Shown here one piece after another: positions 20,776 through 30,343 of a DNA stretch of 64,000 bases. This stretch comes from an uncultured Candidatus Saccharibacteria bacterium. Lineage in GTDB: Bacteria; Patescibacteriota; Minisyncoccia; Phycocordibacterales; UBA6899. Position 1 is the first letter of the stretch, and every line of letters starts with the position of its first letter. The notes beneath the pieces are model-generated. The model worked only from the letters and a program-made list of their open reading frames with translations. It did not search any database and was not told where the DNA came from. The stretch covers positions 16,133 to 80,132 of the forward strand of contig CAZERF010000006.1 in NCBI GenBank assembly GCA_964515375.1. The letters run 5' to 3'. Position numbers and translations under genes: made by a program.

Positions 20776-22392
20776 CTATCGCCCCGAGGGTTTTTCGACA
20801 GAAACGAAAGGTGGCGTCGATGTTGCAACAAACACGCGATCACCGTCGCGCAAATAGAGATTTCCCGCGACGATGACCCTCTCGCCGTCCGACACTCCGC
20901 TTCCGAGCGCAGTCAGCATGTCGGTACGCTTGCCCGACTCAACAACGCGACGCACCGCAATCCCCTCTTTTTCAATAAAGACATACTCCGTTCCATATCG
21001 AGAAATAACAGCACGAGAGGGGACGACAACACCGTCAACCTCGGAGAGCGCGATCGTTACGCGCGCGAAGGATCCGGTACGCAATGCGCGGGTCGGATTT
21101 GCGATCGAAAACTCGATCATGACCTTACGACTCGACGGATCGACCGTCGGGGCGATCTTTGTAACTCGTGCGACAACAGGAGTCGACACTCCATCGATCT
21201 CGACCGATGCCTTTGTTTGCAAAGAAAGTTGAGACGCAAAAACATCCGGAACGCCGACACGCAGAAGCAGGGTTGAGTCGTCCGCGATAGTAAGAAGAGG
21301 TGTTCCGGGGGCAACAACAGAACCTCGTTCGGTGAATTTCTCGGTGATCACCCCGCTGTAAGGAGATCTGACGACACTACTAGAGAGCGCGGCCGTCGCG
21401 ACCTCCTCCTCTCCGCGCAACGCGACCAAAGAAGACTCGAGCTGCGCAAGTTGGGTATCTTTTTCCTTTTTGAGTACAGCGACACCGGAATCCGCATCGC
21501 GCAATCCACGAAGAAGCTCTTCGGCCTGAATACCAAATTCACCCACAACACGTTTGCGCTCAAAAAGTTCTCGTTCACTAAGACTCACGGAGACGATAGA
21601 ATAAAGAAGAACCTCGTACGTGTCATTCAAAACCGACTTTGTTTCTTCAAGAATACGACTTGCACGGTGAACACCCTCCGCGAGTTCTTCTTCATTCGGA
21701 CTCTTTCCCATGATCGTCACATCAAAGAAACGTTGGTATTCAATATTCTCAACCTGGTAAGAGGCAAGGTGTTCACGCGCAGCGATCTTTGCCGCACTTG
21801 AGCGAGCTCCGAGTTCAGTATCATAGGAAATCTCGGGTGTGATATGACGACCATCCCTCACTCCAAGTAGTGCGCCAAGCGTGTCGCTCACCTGATCGGA
21901 GAGCAGAGCGGTTGAGGTAAGAATCGCAATATTCCCCGTTGTTCCGCTCACTCCGCCGTACGAAGGAGATTCGGCGGTCTTGATACGCTCGCTATAGAGT
22001 TCTTCGAGTGTCGCAATGTTATTCTTTGTTGCGGAGATGTTTCCAGCGATGCTTGAAACAACAGCACGTTCGTTTGTAGCATCGAGCTCCACAAGCACCG
22101 AACCGGCGGAAACACGAGTACCGACGTCGGCACCAAGATAGGAAACCCGCCCCGGAGCTTTTGAGGAAAGCTCGGTCATCGAATTAGGAAGAAGGACGCC
22201 CGTAAAAGTACGATCAAGTGCAACCTTTTCACTTTTCGCGACAACGATCTCGACCGGAGAAGGAGGGCGCTCCGCAGATTCCTTTTCTTCACCGCCAAAC
22301 ACGAAGAAAGATCCGACAAGGGCGAAAAAAGCTATAGTGACAAGAGGTGCGGGGCGAAAAAGCATGGGCATGATCCTGTTCATGTTCATCAT
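20776..22392 (-). CDS. RND membrane-fusion (adaptor) protein with long helical insert
   Basis: Lipoyl halves (GRV...VG.RVSAG; VRSPYSGVI), beta-barrel, VVPSRAV. Confidence 0.85.
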   Translation of the reverse strand: MMNMNRIMPMLFRPAPLVTIAFFALVGSFFVFGGEEKESAERPPSPVEIVVAKSEKVALDRTFTGVLLPNSMTELSSKAPGRVSYLGADVGTRVSAGSVLVELDATNERAVVSSIAGNISATKNNIATLEELYSERIKTAESPSYGGVSGTTGNIAILTSTALLSDQVSDTLGALLGVRDGRHITPEISYDTELGARSSAAKIAAREHLASYQVENIEYQRFFDVTIMGKSPNEEELAEGVHRASRILEETKSVLNDTYEVLLYSIVSVSLSERELFERKRVVGEFGIQAEELLRGLRDADSGVAVLKKEKDTQLAQLESSLVALRGEEEVATAALSSSVVRSPYSGVITEKFTERGSVVAPGTPLLTIADDSTLLLRVGVPDVFASQLSLQTKASVEIDGVSTPVVARVTKIAPTVDPSSRKVMIEFSIANPTRALRTGSFARVTIALSEVDGVVVPSRAVISRYGTEYVFIEKEGIAVRRVVESGKRTDMLTALGSGVSDGERVIVAGNLYLRDGDRVFVATSTPPFVSVEKPSGR

Positions 22393-22427
22393 AATTTTTA
22401 GAAGTAGTTATTCTTAATCACACACAC

Positions 22428-22652
22428 TCAATCTCTCGGGACACCGAGTCGGGCAAGAATCGCCGCCATCGTGCAAAACCCGGTGAGCGCAAAGACGATC
22501 TCTGCCCCCGCAACAAAAGCGGCAAGCAGGAGCCAAAGGTCGTTCGCAGTCACGAGATAGGCGCCGAGAGAAATAAGTACGAGTATCCCCGCAAAAAGAA
22601 AGACGAGGCGGGTAACATGCCAACGAGATGTGTTCATCTTGTAGATGCTCAT
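22428..22652 (-). CDS. DUF2892 (YgaP-like) membrane protein
   Basis: RLVFLFAG...two TM helices...ALTGFCTMAAIL. Confidence 0.82.
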   Translation of the reverse strand: MSIYKMNTSRWHVTRLVFLFAGILVLISLGAYLVTANDLWLLLAAFVAGAEIVFALTGFCTMAAILARLGVPRD

Positions 22653-22665
22653 AGCGATTTGATCA

Positions 22666-22947
22666 TTATTTGGTTAATTCGGAAAGGATGCCTTCAACCT
22701 CAAGTTTCTTTTGACGAGGAAGATCGTCAATACCGATACATTGTTTGAGATGAGATTCCAAGAAGATCGTAAGTGAACGGTCAAGACCCGCACGCGCGGC
22801 CTTGAACTGAGTCAACACCGAAAGACAATCCTCTTTTCTTTCCACCATACGCGCGACTCCGTCGATCTGTCCGCGTACATTATTGAGTCGCCGCAAGAGT
22901 CCCGCCGTAGCGACTTCATCGGTTATTTCAGGTTTCCCTTTTTTCAT
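22666..22947 (-). CDS. CsoR/RcnR-family repressor
   Basis: RRLNNVRGQIDGVARMVE..EDC..VLTQ...HLKQC (C-H-C ligand set). Confidence 0.9.
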   Translation of the reverse strand: MKKGKPEITDEVATAGLLRRLNNVRGQIDGVARMVERKEDCLSVLTQFKAARAGLDRSLTIFLESHLKQCIGIDDLPRQKKLEVEGILSELTK

Positions 22948-22956
22948 ATGTATGCT

Positions 22957-22986
22957 ATTGTATATGACACCCCCCAGGGGTGTCAA
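22957..22986 (-). promoter_or_regulatory. CsoR-type operator overlapping the csoR-operon promoter
   Basis: TGACACCCC-CCA-GGGGTGTCA inverted repeat (22965..22985) inside TTGACA-18-TACAAT on minus strand. Confidence 0.85.
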
Positions 22987-22988
22987 TA

Positions 22989-23017
22989 TTGCACGGAGCA
23001 TACCACTCCGATACAAT
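22989..23017 (+). promoter_or_regulatory. Divergent promoter for peroxiredoxin
   Basis: TTGCAC-17 bp-TACAAT. Confidence 0.65.
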
Positions 23018-23020
23018 AAA

Positions 23021-23111
23021 TGATACGGATCATCTCCCTATTTTTGATGGCCAACGACTGGCCGAGGTCAAAGTGCCACGGAGTGGCGCAGGAGCATGAT
23101 CCTCTGTATCA
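23021..23111 (+). ncRNA. Candidate structured 5' leader (three-way junction)
   Basis: Three nested stems read by eye, starting at the predicted TSS. Confidence 0.45.
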
Positions 23112-23148
23112 ATCTTATTCAATTTTTATTCATTCATCATTCACTACT

Positions 23149-23691
23149 ATGTCGGAACACACATTCCCCACACAGGTTCCCGAGGTCACCTTTAAGACCC
23201 GCGTGCGCGACGAATCGGTCGAAGGACCGAACCCGTTCCGTTGGCAAGACGTAACGAGCAACGAGATCTTCAAAGGAAAGAAGGTCGTGCTCTTCGCGCT
23301 CCCCGGCGCCTTTACCCCTACCTGCTCATCGACTCACCTTCCCGGATACGAGGCGAAGTATGATGAGCTCAAGGCGCTTGGTGTCGACGAAGTGATCTGC
23401 CTCTCCGTCAACGATGCCTTCGTCATGTTCCAATGGGGCAAGGCTCAGGATGTAAAGAAAGTCAAAATGCTCCCCGACGGATCTGGAGACTTCACCCGAA
23501 AGATGGGCATGATGGTCAAAAAGGACAACCTCGGCTTTGGCGAGCGCTCATGGCGCTACAGCATGTTCGTCGATGACGGCGCGATCAAGAAGATCTTCGC
23601 GGAACCGGGCATGGAAGACAACTGCCCGACCGACCCCTTCGAGACAAGCGATGTCGATACAATGATCACCTATCTCAAAGAGAATCAGTAG
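23149..23691 (+). CDS. Peroxiredoxin (Prx5 / PGdx-like)
   Basis: LPGAFTPTCSSTHLPGY, SVNDAFVM, GFGERSWRYSM. Confidence 0.93.
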   Translation: MSEHTFPTQVPEVTFKTRVRDESVEGPNPFRWQDVTSNEIFKGKKVVLFALPGAFTPTCSSTHLPGYEAKYDELKALGVDEVICLSVNDAFVMFQWGKAQDVKKVKMLPDGSGDFTRKMGMMVKKDNLGFGERSWRYSMFVDDGAIKKIFAEPGMEDNCPTDPFETSDVDTMITYLKENQ

Positions 23692-23696
23692 AAAAT

Positions 23697-23725
23697 AAAA
23701 AAACCGCTCAATAGAGCGGTTTTTT
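23697..23725. terminator. Bidirectional terminator
   Basis: A-tract-CCGCTC-AATA-GAGCGG-T-tract. Confidence 0.75.
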
Positions 23726-23738
23726 GTTGTCCGATGTT

Positions 23739-24530
23739 TTATTCGGATCTTTCACCATTACGACCGGCGAATGCGTCAAGGATGATATCAAAGATGTCCG
23801 GAATGCCGAGCCCAGCGGCAATCGTCGCCTGAGTGGTTGTGGTCGACATTCCTTCAGAAAGCGCCTTACGTTCCGCGGCGAGCGCACGCGCGATGTTTGC
23901 ACGCAGAGACTCCTTGCTCACTTCCTTCTTCATGAAGATGTGGTACCAAGGATAAGTGATCTCAACCGCATCATCGGAAGCGACACGCGCGCGAGCGGAA
24001 ACGTTCGTACGGAAAATTCCTAAAAACTTGGCGGGCTGCGCGTACTCTACTTCAACAAGACCCTCCTTCACCTCCACGCCACGGAGATTTGCATCCGCGC
24101 GCGCCTTGCCACGAATAAACTCTTCGAGATCGGCTTGCGTACGCACTTCGCTTCGCACGCGGACAGGGGTCGCCGATGCCGTCTCTTCGCCTTCATCCAA
24201 ACGAAGGCGAAGCTCGACACGATCAAGTGCTCCTTGCCCGGATTCATTAGCCCGCAGTTGTGCCTGATCAATACCGACCCCCGCAGCCTCGGCCCGTACT
24301 TCTGCACGAATCGGCTCGCCGTTCGCACGCAAGGTGGCCCCCGCTTCTTTGCGTGTTTCTTGTTCCTTTCTCATTTGAAAAGGGGATTCCTCCGACTCGA
24401 GATCGAGACGCACCGGAACCGCGTTCTCCACAACAACATTCCCCATCCCCTCAACGACGAGTTGCGCGGACGCAACGGAAGGGAGAAAAACAAAAAGCGC
24501 CAACGCACTCATTAGATATGTCTTTTCCAT
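23739..24530 (-). CDS. Secreted hypothetical protein
   Basis: Signal peptide; C-terminal Y.QPAKFLGIF...YPWY motif. Confidence 0.7.
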   Translation of the reverse strand: MEKTYLMSALALFVFLPSVASAQLVVEGMGNVVVENAVPVRLDLESEESPFQMRKEQETRKEAGATLRANGEPIRAEVRAEAAGVGIDQAQLRANESGQGALDRVELRLRLDEGEETASATPVRVRSEVRTQADLEEFIRGKARADANLRGVEVKEGLVEVEYAQPAKFLGIFRTNVSARARVASDDAVEITYPWYHIFMKKEVSKESLRANIARALAAERKALSEGMSTTTTQATIAAGLGIPDIFDIILDAFAGRNGERSE

Positions 24531-24580
24531 ATCTTTTAATTATACCACAAAAGAGCACACATTGGAATGCAGCGCGAAGG

Positions 24581-25705
24581 TCATTCCGCTCGTGGAGCAT
24601 TGCGCGCGCGCATACTCGCAAAGGCGTATGCCGCGAGTATCGTGGTAATCGGGACCGTAAGCGCGAGCCCGATCGACCCGACCAAGGTGCGCACGATCTC
24701 CGTCGCGATGATCTCGTGATTCAGCACCTGTTCGGTGTTCCAAAACGGCGCTTCTTGGAAACGAAAGAGGAGGAGGAGCGGAAGTGATGCACCGGCATAT
24801 GCCAAAAAGAGCGTGTTAACCATCGAGGCAATATGATCGACACCGACCCGCATCGCACGACGAAAGAGTTCGCGACGCGAAAGTGTCGGATCTGCTCGTT
24901 GAAGCTCAACAACAACAGAGACCTGTGAAACAGCCAGGTCATCAAGTACACCGAGTGTTCCCACAATAAAACCAGCAAGGAGTAAACCTTCGAAGTTGAT
25001 CGCACCCCCGAGCAGTCCGGCGAGGAACATTGTCTCCTCTGCGGCGTAGCCCGAAAGACGCGCAAGATGTGTAAAGACAACCGAAAGGATACCAACAATG
25101 ACCGTCCCCGCAAACATCCCCGCGATCGCAACCGTCGCCTTCTTATTGAATCCGTAGACCATATAAGTAGAGACAAGGACAATGACTGTCGCATATCCAA
25201 GCGAGACAAACACGGGGTCATGTCCGGCAAGAATGCCAGGGATGATACCGGCGGTGATCACAAAAAAACTAAACACGAGTCCAAACAATGCGCGAATGCC
25301 ACGCATGCGACCGATCGCCAGAATGACGAGCACAAAGAGAAATCCGAGGAAAAAGAGGGGGCGAAGACGAGCGATATCAGTGATCACAAAAAGAGCGGAC
25401 CCGTCCTCCCCTTCTTCCGCAAGCACAAAAACCTCGTCGCCGGCACGATGAAGTATCTTTGTGTCCGCTTGACGGGCGATTCCATCAATAAGAAATTCCT
25501 TCCCTTCATAGTCTCCATCAAGACCGACAAGCTTCAACGTCTGGAACGTTGTTGCGACTCCGGGAAGCGTCTCCCCGCGCTCTTCTGCGACAACCTCAAT
25601 GATGCTCGCACGGAAAGGCGCGACGGAAGCACCTCCTTCAGCGAATGCAAAGAGTGGAAAAACAATAAAGGAGACCACGAGTGCAATACGCCATTTTATT
25701 TGCAT
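24581..25705 (-). CDS. YibE/F family membrane protein
   Basis: GTLGVLDDLAVSQ, DHIASMVNTLFLAYAGASLP, EIVRTLVGSIG. Confidence 0.9.
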   Translation of the reverse strand: MQIKWRIALVVSFIVFPLFAFAEGGASVAPFRASIIEVVAEERGETLPGVATTFQTLKLVGLDGDYEGKEFLIDGIARQADTKILHRAGDEVFVLAEEGEDGSALFVITDIARLRPLFFLGFLFVLVILAIGRMRGIRALFGLVFSFFVITAGIIPGILAGHDPVFVSLGYATVIVLVSTYMVYGFNKKATVAIAGMFAGTVIVGILSVVFTHLARLSGYAAEETMFLAGLLGGAINFEGLLLAGFIVGTLGVLDDLAVSQVSVVVELQRADPTLSRRELFRRAMRVGVDHIASMVNTLFLAYAGASLPLLLLFRFQEAPFWNTEQVLNHEIIATEIVRTLVGSIGLALTVPITTILAAYAFASMRARNAPRAE

Positions 25706-25751
25706 ATGAACATCGTATCAAGCGGTACCAGCAAGTTCAACCTGCAAAATA

Positions 25752-27074
25752 TTAACCGAACATCAACCACTCGGGTCTAAAGATAAGAGAGAGCCCGACC
25801 ATGATCATCAAGAGTCCTCCGACAAGACGAGAAGCTCCGACATATTTTGTCGTAAACCCGGTCAAACGGAGAGTTGTCATTGCAACGGCGAACACAAAGA
25901 GATCGTCGAGCATGAAGAAAAATATATAGAGAACAATATAAAAATAGTACTGTAAAGTCGAAAGATCATTAAGCACCAGAACCTGACTAAAGACAGCAGG
26001 AAGTCCAGCGGAGCAGACAAGTTCAACAAGATTAACAACGAACGCCAACCCAATGATCCCGACGGAAGCAAGAAAAAGCTGATGATTCGCGACAACACCT
26101 TTCATTCTTGCCATGATCGTCCGCTTTTGTCCCGGGTTCGTCACCTTGCAAGTACCCTCTTTGTTCACACGATATTCCCAAAGACTGTATACTCCTCCTC
26201 CAAGTGCAAGCATTCCGATCGCGATCCGAATGAAGGAAATGAAACCCAAAAAGATAATAAGATGGAGCCATGCCGCCATGAAGAGGAAATACACGACCGC
26301 AGAGGTTGCGATAAAAAGAGTCCCGAGAATCCACATTCGACGGCGATCGCGCATCTCAAGAAGAAGTCCGACTAGAAAAACAAGCGCCCACATCGCGCAT
26401 GGGTTGAACCCGTCAAGCGCACCCAGTGTAACCGCGAGAAGAGGAAGGGAGAATTGTGATGCGTCCATATCCCCGAACAACGGAAGCGAGAGTGGGATCC
26501 TTGGAGCAGAAACGTCAATCTCTCGAGATTCTTCCTCCGGAGGAACCGGGGATTCCTTATGCATTTCTTCCGGCTCGGTCGCGAGCAATGTCGGATCTTC
26601 CAAGATGTCACTCGATGAAATGACAGCAACGGGAGATTCTGAGACTTTTGTCTCGGGAAGAAAGACTGCGACCACGTCACGACAAGAGGCCGAGGCACAC
26701 TCTAAAATGGCGGAACGAATCTCTTCGGATGTCACTCCCTCCGCGTAACCCACCATGGAGCGTTCTCCAATAACAAGGAACGGGACGCCATTCACCGTGG
26801 CCCCCACTTCTCGAGCGACAGCACCCATCAACGACACATTCGACGGGCTCTTGTAGACCTCAAATTCCCGAATAACAAGATCGGGAAACTCTTCGCGCAG
26901 AGGACCATACAAGAATGTCTTTTCCTTCAGACAATGAGGACATCCCTCTCCATAAAAAAGATACGCAGTGGGAAGTTCGCTCGCAAAAGAAAAAGCAGGA
27001 AACAATAGCCAAATAAAAAACAACACCGCAATGACATATTTCGATCGGTGATGAAGTGACATAAAAAGATTCAT
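25752..27074 (-). CDS. Glutaredoxin-like (CPHC) domain fused to DsbD/CcdA-like membrane domain
   Basis: FYGEGCPHC; DGFNPCAMW and ELVCSAGLP membrane Cys motifs. Confidence 0.8.
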   Translation of the reverse strand: MNLFMSLHHRSKYVIAVLFFIWLLFPAFSFASELPTAYLFYGEGCPHCLKEKTFLYGPLREEFPDLVIREFEVYKSPSNVSLMGAVAREVGATVNGVPFLVIGERSMVGYAEGVTSEEIRSAILECASASCRDVVAVFLPETKVSESPVAVISSSDILEDPTLLATEPEEMHKESPVPPEEESREIDVSAPRIPLSLPLFGDMDASQFSLPLLAVTLGALDGFNPCAMWALVFLVGLLLEMRDRRRMWILGTLFIATSAVVYFLFMAAWLHLIIFLGFISFIRIAIGMLALGGGVYSLWEYRVNKEGTCKVTNPGQKRTIMARMKGVVANHQLFLASVGIIGLAFVVNLVELVCSAGLPAVFSQVLVLNDLSTLQYYFYIVLYIFFFMLDDLFVFAVAMTTLRLTGFTTKYVGASRLVGGLLMIMVGLSLIFRPEWLMFG

Positions 27075-27367
27075 GAGTGCGAATAAGGAACATCAATAAA
27101 AAGAGGGTGCCCGTCGGCGAGTGCGCGCGCGATTTTGATCGCGGCGCGTTCAAGCATGCGCTGGTAGGTGCTCTGTGAGGTCCCCATGTGAGAAGCCGCA
27201 CTCTCCTGCCCCATACCCTCAAGATGCCGCAGACGGAACGCTTCGAACTCCTCCGTCGAAAGTCTTATCTCCAGATTTTTGCGCGCCAACATTCCGCAAG
27301 GACGAAAACAACGCTCCACGGGGGAGAAATCGACCTGTTCACAAAGACATTTCTTTGGTCTAGGCAT
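27071..27367 (-). CDS. DUF134 HTH protein
   Basis: MPRPKK..., EEFEAFRL..LEGMGQESAA..MGTSQST.QR.L..A..KIA.AL. Confidence 0.85.
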   Translation of the reverse strand: MPRPKKCLCEQVDFSPVERCFRPCGMLARKNLEIRLSTEEFEAFRLRHLEGMGQESAASHMGTSQSTYQRMLERAAIKIARALADGHPLFIDVPYSHS

Positions 27368-27530
27368 GGTGCATGTCTCCTCTGCCCAAAGAAGACAGGA
27401 GGATAATATTTTGAGTATATACCCAATATCAAGCGCGTCAACATCAGCATGATCACGTTCAATATAAAAACGTCTTATGGGTGCAGAATATGGGAATGAA
27501 AAATAATCACCCCACACAAGAAAATACACA

Positions 27531-27878
27531 TACTTTTTCTTCGCGGTCCACTCCGGAATGTCGGAGGGAGAAGCCGTGGCAATTGGATTCACGACGCTCG
27601 TGCTTGCAAGCATACTTCTGATCGCAGTCAATCTTTCATGGGGGGGGGAAATTTGCTCTCCAGTCACTCCGAGTCAAGAATGCCGCTCTCCGGATCATGC
27701 TTGCGACATCAGTCACTCTACTTCTTACCATTCTCTATGTCCCCTTCCTTGCCGATACCTTCCACCCTTGGCCCAACTCGAATGAGAAGAGCTTGTTATG
27801 GTCACTCTCGTCGCGTTTGGGAGCCTCATATGGTTCGAGATCGGAAAATGGTACCACCGCTCACGAGTCGCCATGTAG
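27531..27878 (+). pseudogene. C-terminal remnant of a cation-transporting P-type ATPase
   Basis: Joining frames gives GFTTLVLASILLIAVNLSWGG/KFALQSLRVKNAALRIML...LYVPFLADTFH/LAQLE*EELVMVTLVAFGSLIWFEIGKW; two frameshifts and one internal TGA. Confidence 0.7.
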
Positions 27879-27923
27879 TCAAAGGAAAAAACCTCTCCAT
27901 CCGGAGAGGTTCCCTCGTGTGAA

Positions 27924-28865
27924 TCAGCGAAAATGCATGATCGTCCCATCGGAGAGCACAAGCTCAAGCATTCCCTTTGACGTAAAACGATATTGAACAG
28001 TCTTCTCTAGAAGTCCCGTGTACACCTGCTCTTCGGAACCTTCGCAATACATCTGTGTTGAAAACATTGGTCCGAATGAGAGGGCACCCGAAATCCCCTC
28101 CGTATACTCCGCCCCCGCCCCGTTGCAGTCTGTCGACGCAGAGAATCTCTTTTCCGCTCCAAACTGCGCTGTGAAGCGCCCAACTGCTCGAGGTGTAAAC
28201 GTCTTCCCATCCGCATAGGTCACCCCTTCCCACACCCATGTCTTCATGGCAAGCGTCATACGGGAAGGATCTGCCTCTCCTTCAAAGTTCTCCGCAACAA
28301 CACCAAATTGCATGTCAGTCGGATCAAGGATGATGCGGAGTGTCTTGCCGATCGAAGGCGCAACGGAGAAAGGTTCATCCTCCCCGCGCACGGCATAATT
28401 TACAAGCACAATATTCCCTCCTCCGTCGTTGATTGTCTGCGGCGCGATGCGATCACCAAGAAATACCGCATGACTTCCGGAGAATGTACCATCCGGACGA
28501 GTGAGCGCGGCAACCACATAATAGAATGTTCCCGACCCTCCGCCGTCCTGCGTGACAAGGAACACCAGATCAGAGAGACCGTCTCCATTAAGATCCTTTG
28601 CAAGTTCATTCCCGAAATAACGAGTCGTAACGGAGGACGCGGAACCGGGAGCCGCCGGCTCGACCGAAACACCATCACGGAGCGTGACCGGTCGACCGTC
28701 AATGAAATACATCGCGTCTTTGGGAGAGTGCGAGGAAGATGCGCGTGACGCTTCTTTTGAAGGGTCTTGGTCCACCTGCTTCCCGTCTGAAAGAATAAGT
28801 ATGGAAAAGATCACAAGAAAAAGTGCAAAAATAAAAGAGAGGATCGCGACGAGTTTGGTATTCAT
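27924..28865 (-). CDS. Membrane-anchored META (HslJ-like) domain protein
   Basis: N-terminal TM; STDCN...FGPMFSTQMYC at C-terminus. Confidence 0.8.
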   Translation of the reverse strand: MNTKLVAILSFIFALFLVIFSILILSDGKQVDQDPSKEASRASSSHSPKDAMYFIDGRPVTLRDGVSVEPAAPGSASSVTTRYFGNELAKDLNGDGLSDLVFLVTQDGGGSGTFYYVVAALTRPDGTFSGSHAVFLGDRIAPQTINDGGGNIVLVNYAVRGEDEPFSVAPSIGKTLRIILDPTDMQFGVVAENFEGEADPSRMTLAMKTWVWEGVTYADGKTFTPRAVGRFTAQFGAEKRFSASTDCNGAGAEYTEGISGALSFGPMFSTQMYCEGSEEQVYTGLLEKTVQYRFTSKGMLELVLSDGTIMHFR

Positions 28866-29005
28866 GGCAACGTGTCAAATAGAGAGTAATAAGAAGGAGA
28901 ATGAACCCCTTATGTCACCAATAACACCGTCTCACTGAGAACGTGACAATCAGTCTTGAATGCGGGGCAGATTCTCTTCGATATCAAACATGTTATAATC
29001 CTCAC

Positions 29006-29437
29006 ATGAACGAAGAAACAACGATCCTCCTCGTCGAAGACTCTGCGCTCTTGCGTGCAGTGGTCGCCGATGCACTCAGTGCCGAACATTACAAGATCCT
29101 CGAAGCGGAGAACGGTCAGATCGGTCTTGAGACCGCACTCCGTGAACACCCTGATCTTATCATGCTCGATGTCATGATGCCCGTCATGGGCGGCGTCGAA
29201 GCCCTTTCACTCTTACGCAAGGACCCGTGGGGCGCGACCGTTCCCGTCATCATTTTGACCGGAACACGCGACGAACGCCTGATCGAGGAACTCAAGTCTG
29301 ACGCGCGCGTTGACTTTCTCCTCAAGGAAAATTGGATGATGGACGAAGTGATCAATCACGTGAAAAAAGGACTCGACATGCGCGACAAACATGGACTCGA
29401 CACGATCGTCGCACACGTCAAGGAAGGCCTCCAGTAA
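29006..29437 (+). CDS. Single-domain response regulator
   Basis: ILLVEDS, PDLIMLDVMMPVMGG, VIILT, FLLK. Confidence 0.9.
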   Translation: MNEETTILLVEDSALLRAVVADALSAEHYKILEAENGQIGLETALREHPDLIMLDVMMPVMGGVEALSLLRKDPWGATVPVIILTGTRDERLIEELKSDARVDFLLKENWMMDEVINHVKKGLDMRDKHGLDTIVAHVKEGLQ

Positions 29438-29467
29438 AAAAGAACGCCCCAACGGGCGTTCTTTTTT
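29436..29467. terminator. Bidirectional terminator
   Basis: AAAAAAGAACGCCC-CAAC-GGGCGTTCTTTTTT. Confidence 0.8.
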
Positions 29468-29484
29468 GCAACAACAAAACTCAT

Positions 29485-30231
29485 CTAGCGCAAGACCCAG
29501 CCACCGTCAACAATAAGCGATTGTCCTGTGATGTAGCTCGCGCCCTCCGATGCGAGAAAGACCGTTGCGGCGGCAATATCCTCGGGCTGCCCCTGTCGAG
29601 CGAGGGGAATCATGGCGAGTGTTTGCTTCAGCACTTCATCGCTTTGCGCCCCACCTGCTCCGGGTGTCGCAATAGCACCGGGCGCGACCGCGTTGACGGT
29701 GATCTTCTTCTTGGCAAGTTCAAGCGCAAGCGCGCGAGTGAATCCGTTCACGCCCGCTTTTGACGCGCAGTAGTGCGTGAGGCCCTCAAACCCGATCACC
29801 GATGCGACCGAGGAGATATTCACGATGCGACCACCTTCGGGAAGCACCTTTGCCGCCTCACGCGCGGTCAAATAGACACCCTTCATGTTTACATCCATCA
29901 CCTTTTGCCAATCACCCTCCTCCATCGCTTCGAGTGAAAGGAACGGGAAGATCCCAGCATTGTTCACCAAGACATCAACATGTCCGAATGTTTCGACCGC
30001 CTTCGCAAAAAGTGCCGCGACATCATCCTTTGAGGAGACATCGCAACGCATGGGAAGCGCGCGAACACCCAGACCCTCAACCTCACGCGCAACATTGACG
30101 CATGAAGTCTCGTTCATGTCGGCCACCACCACATGCGCTCCTTCGGATGCGAACGCATGCGCGATACCTCTCCCTATTCCCTGCCCCGCACCAGTAACAA
30201 CAACGACCTTGTCCTTCAATTGTGTATTCAT
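29485..30231 (-). CDS. SDR oxidoreductase (FabG-like)
   Basis: TGAGQGIG, NNAG, YCASK, VNAVAPG. Confidence 0.92.
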   Translation of the reverse strand: MNTQLKDKVVVVTGAGQGIGRGIAHAFASEGAHVVVADMNETSCVNVAREVEGLGVRALPMRCDVSSKDDVAALFAKAVETFGHVDVLVNNAGIFPFLSLEAMEEGDWQKVMDVNMKGVYLTAREAAKVLPEGGRIVNISSVASVIGFEGLTHYCASKAGVNGFTRALALELAKKKITVNAVAPGAIATPGAGGAQSDEVLKQTLAMIPLARQGQPEDIAAATVFLASEGASYITGQSLIVDGGWVLR

Positions 30232-30343
30232 AGAAGAAAATTAATTTTCAATACATGAAGTATAACAAATAGAGACCAAAATAGTCGCATCGGCTCACGG
30301 TGATATGTTCGATTTTTCTAAAAAAAGCGGTGCGTCCGATGAT

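Noticed and set aside
23049-23089. Guanidine-II riboswitch (ACGA/ACGG)
   Set aside because: ACGR sequences are not G-C-closed tetraloops and the downstream gene class does not fit.
27368-27667. 100-aa N-terminal extension of the DUF134 ORF
   Set aside because: Family starts at MPRPKK; the extension overlaps the ATPase remnant on the other strand.
27783-27785. TGA recoding (genetic code 25 or 4)
   Set aside because: eno, pyrG, ftsE and gatC end at TGA at their expected C-termini; this TGA lies in a frameshifted remnant.
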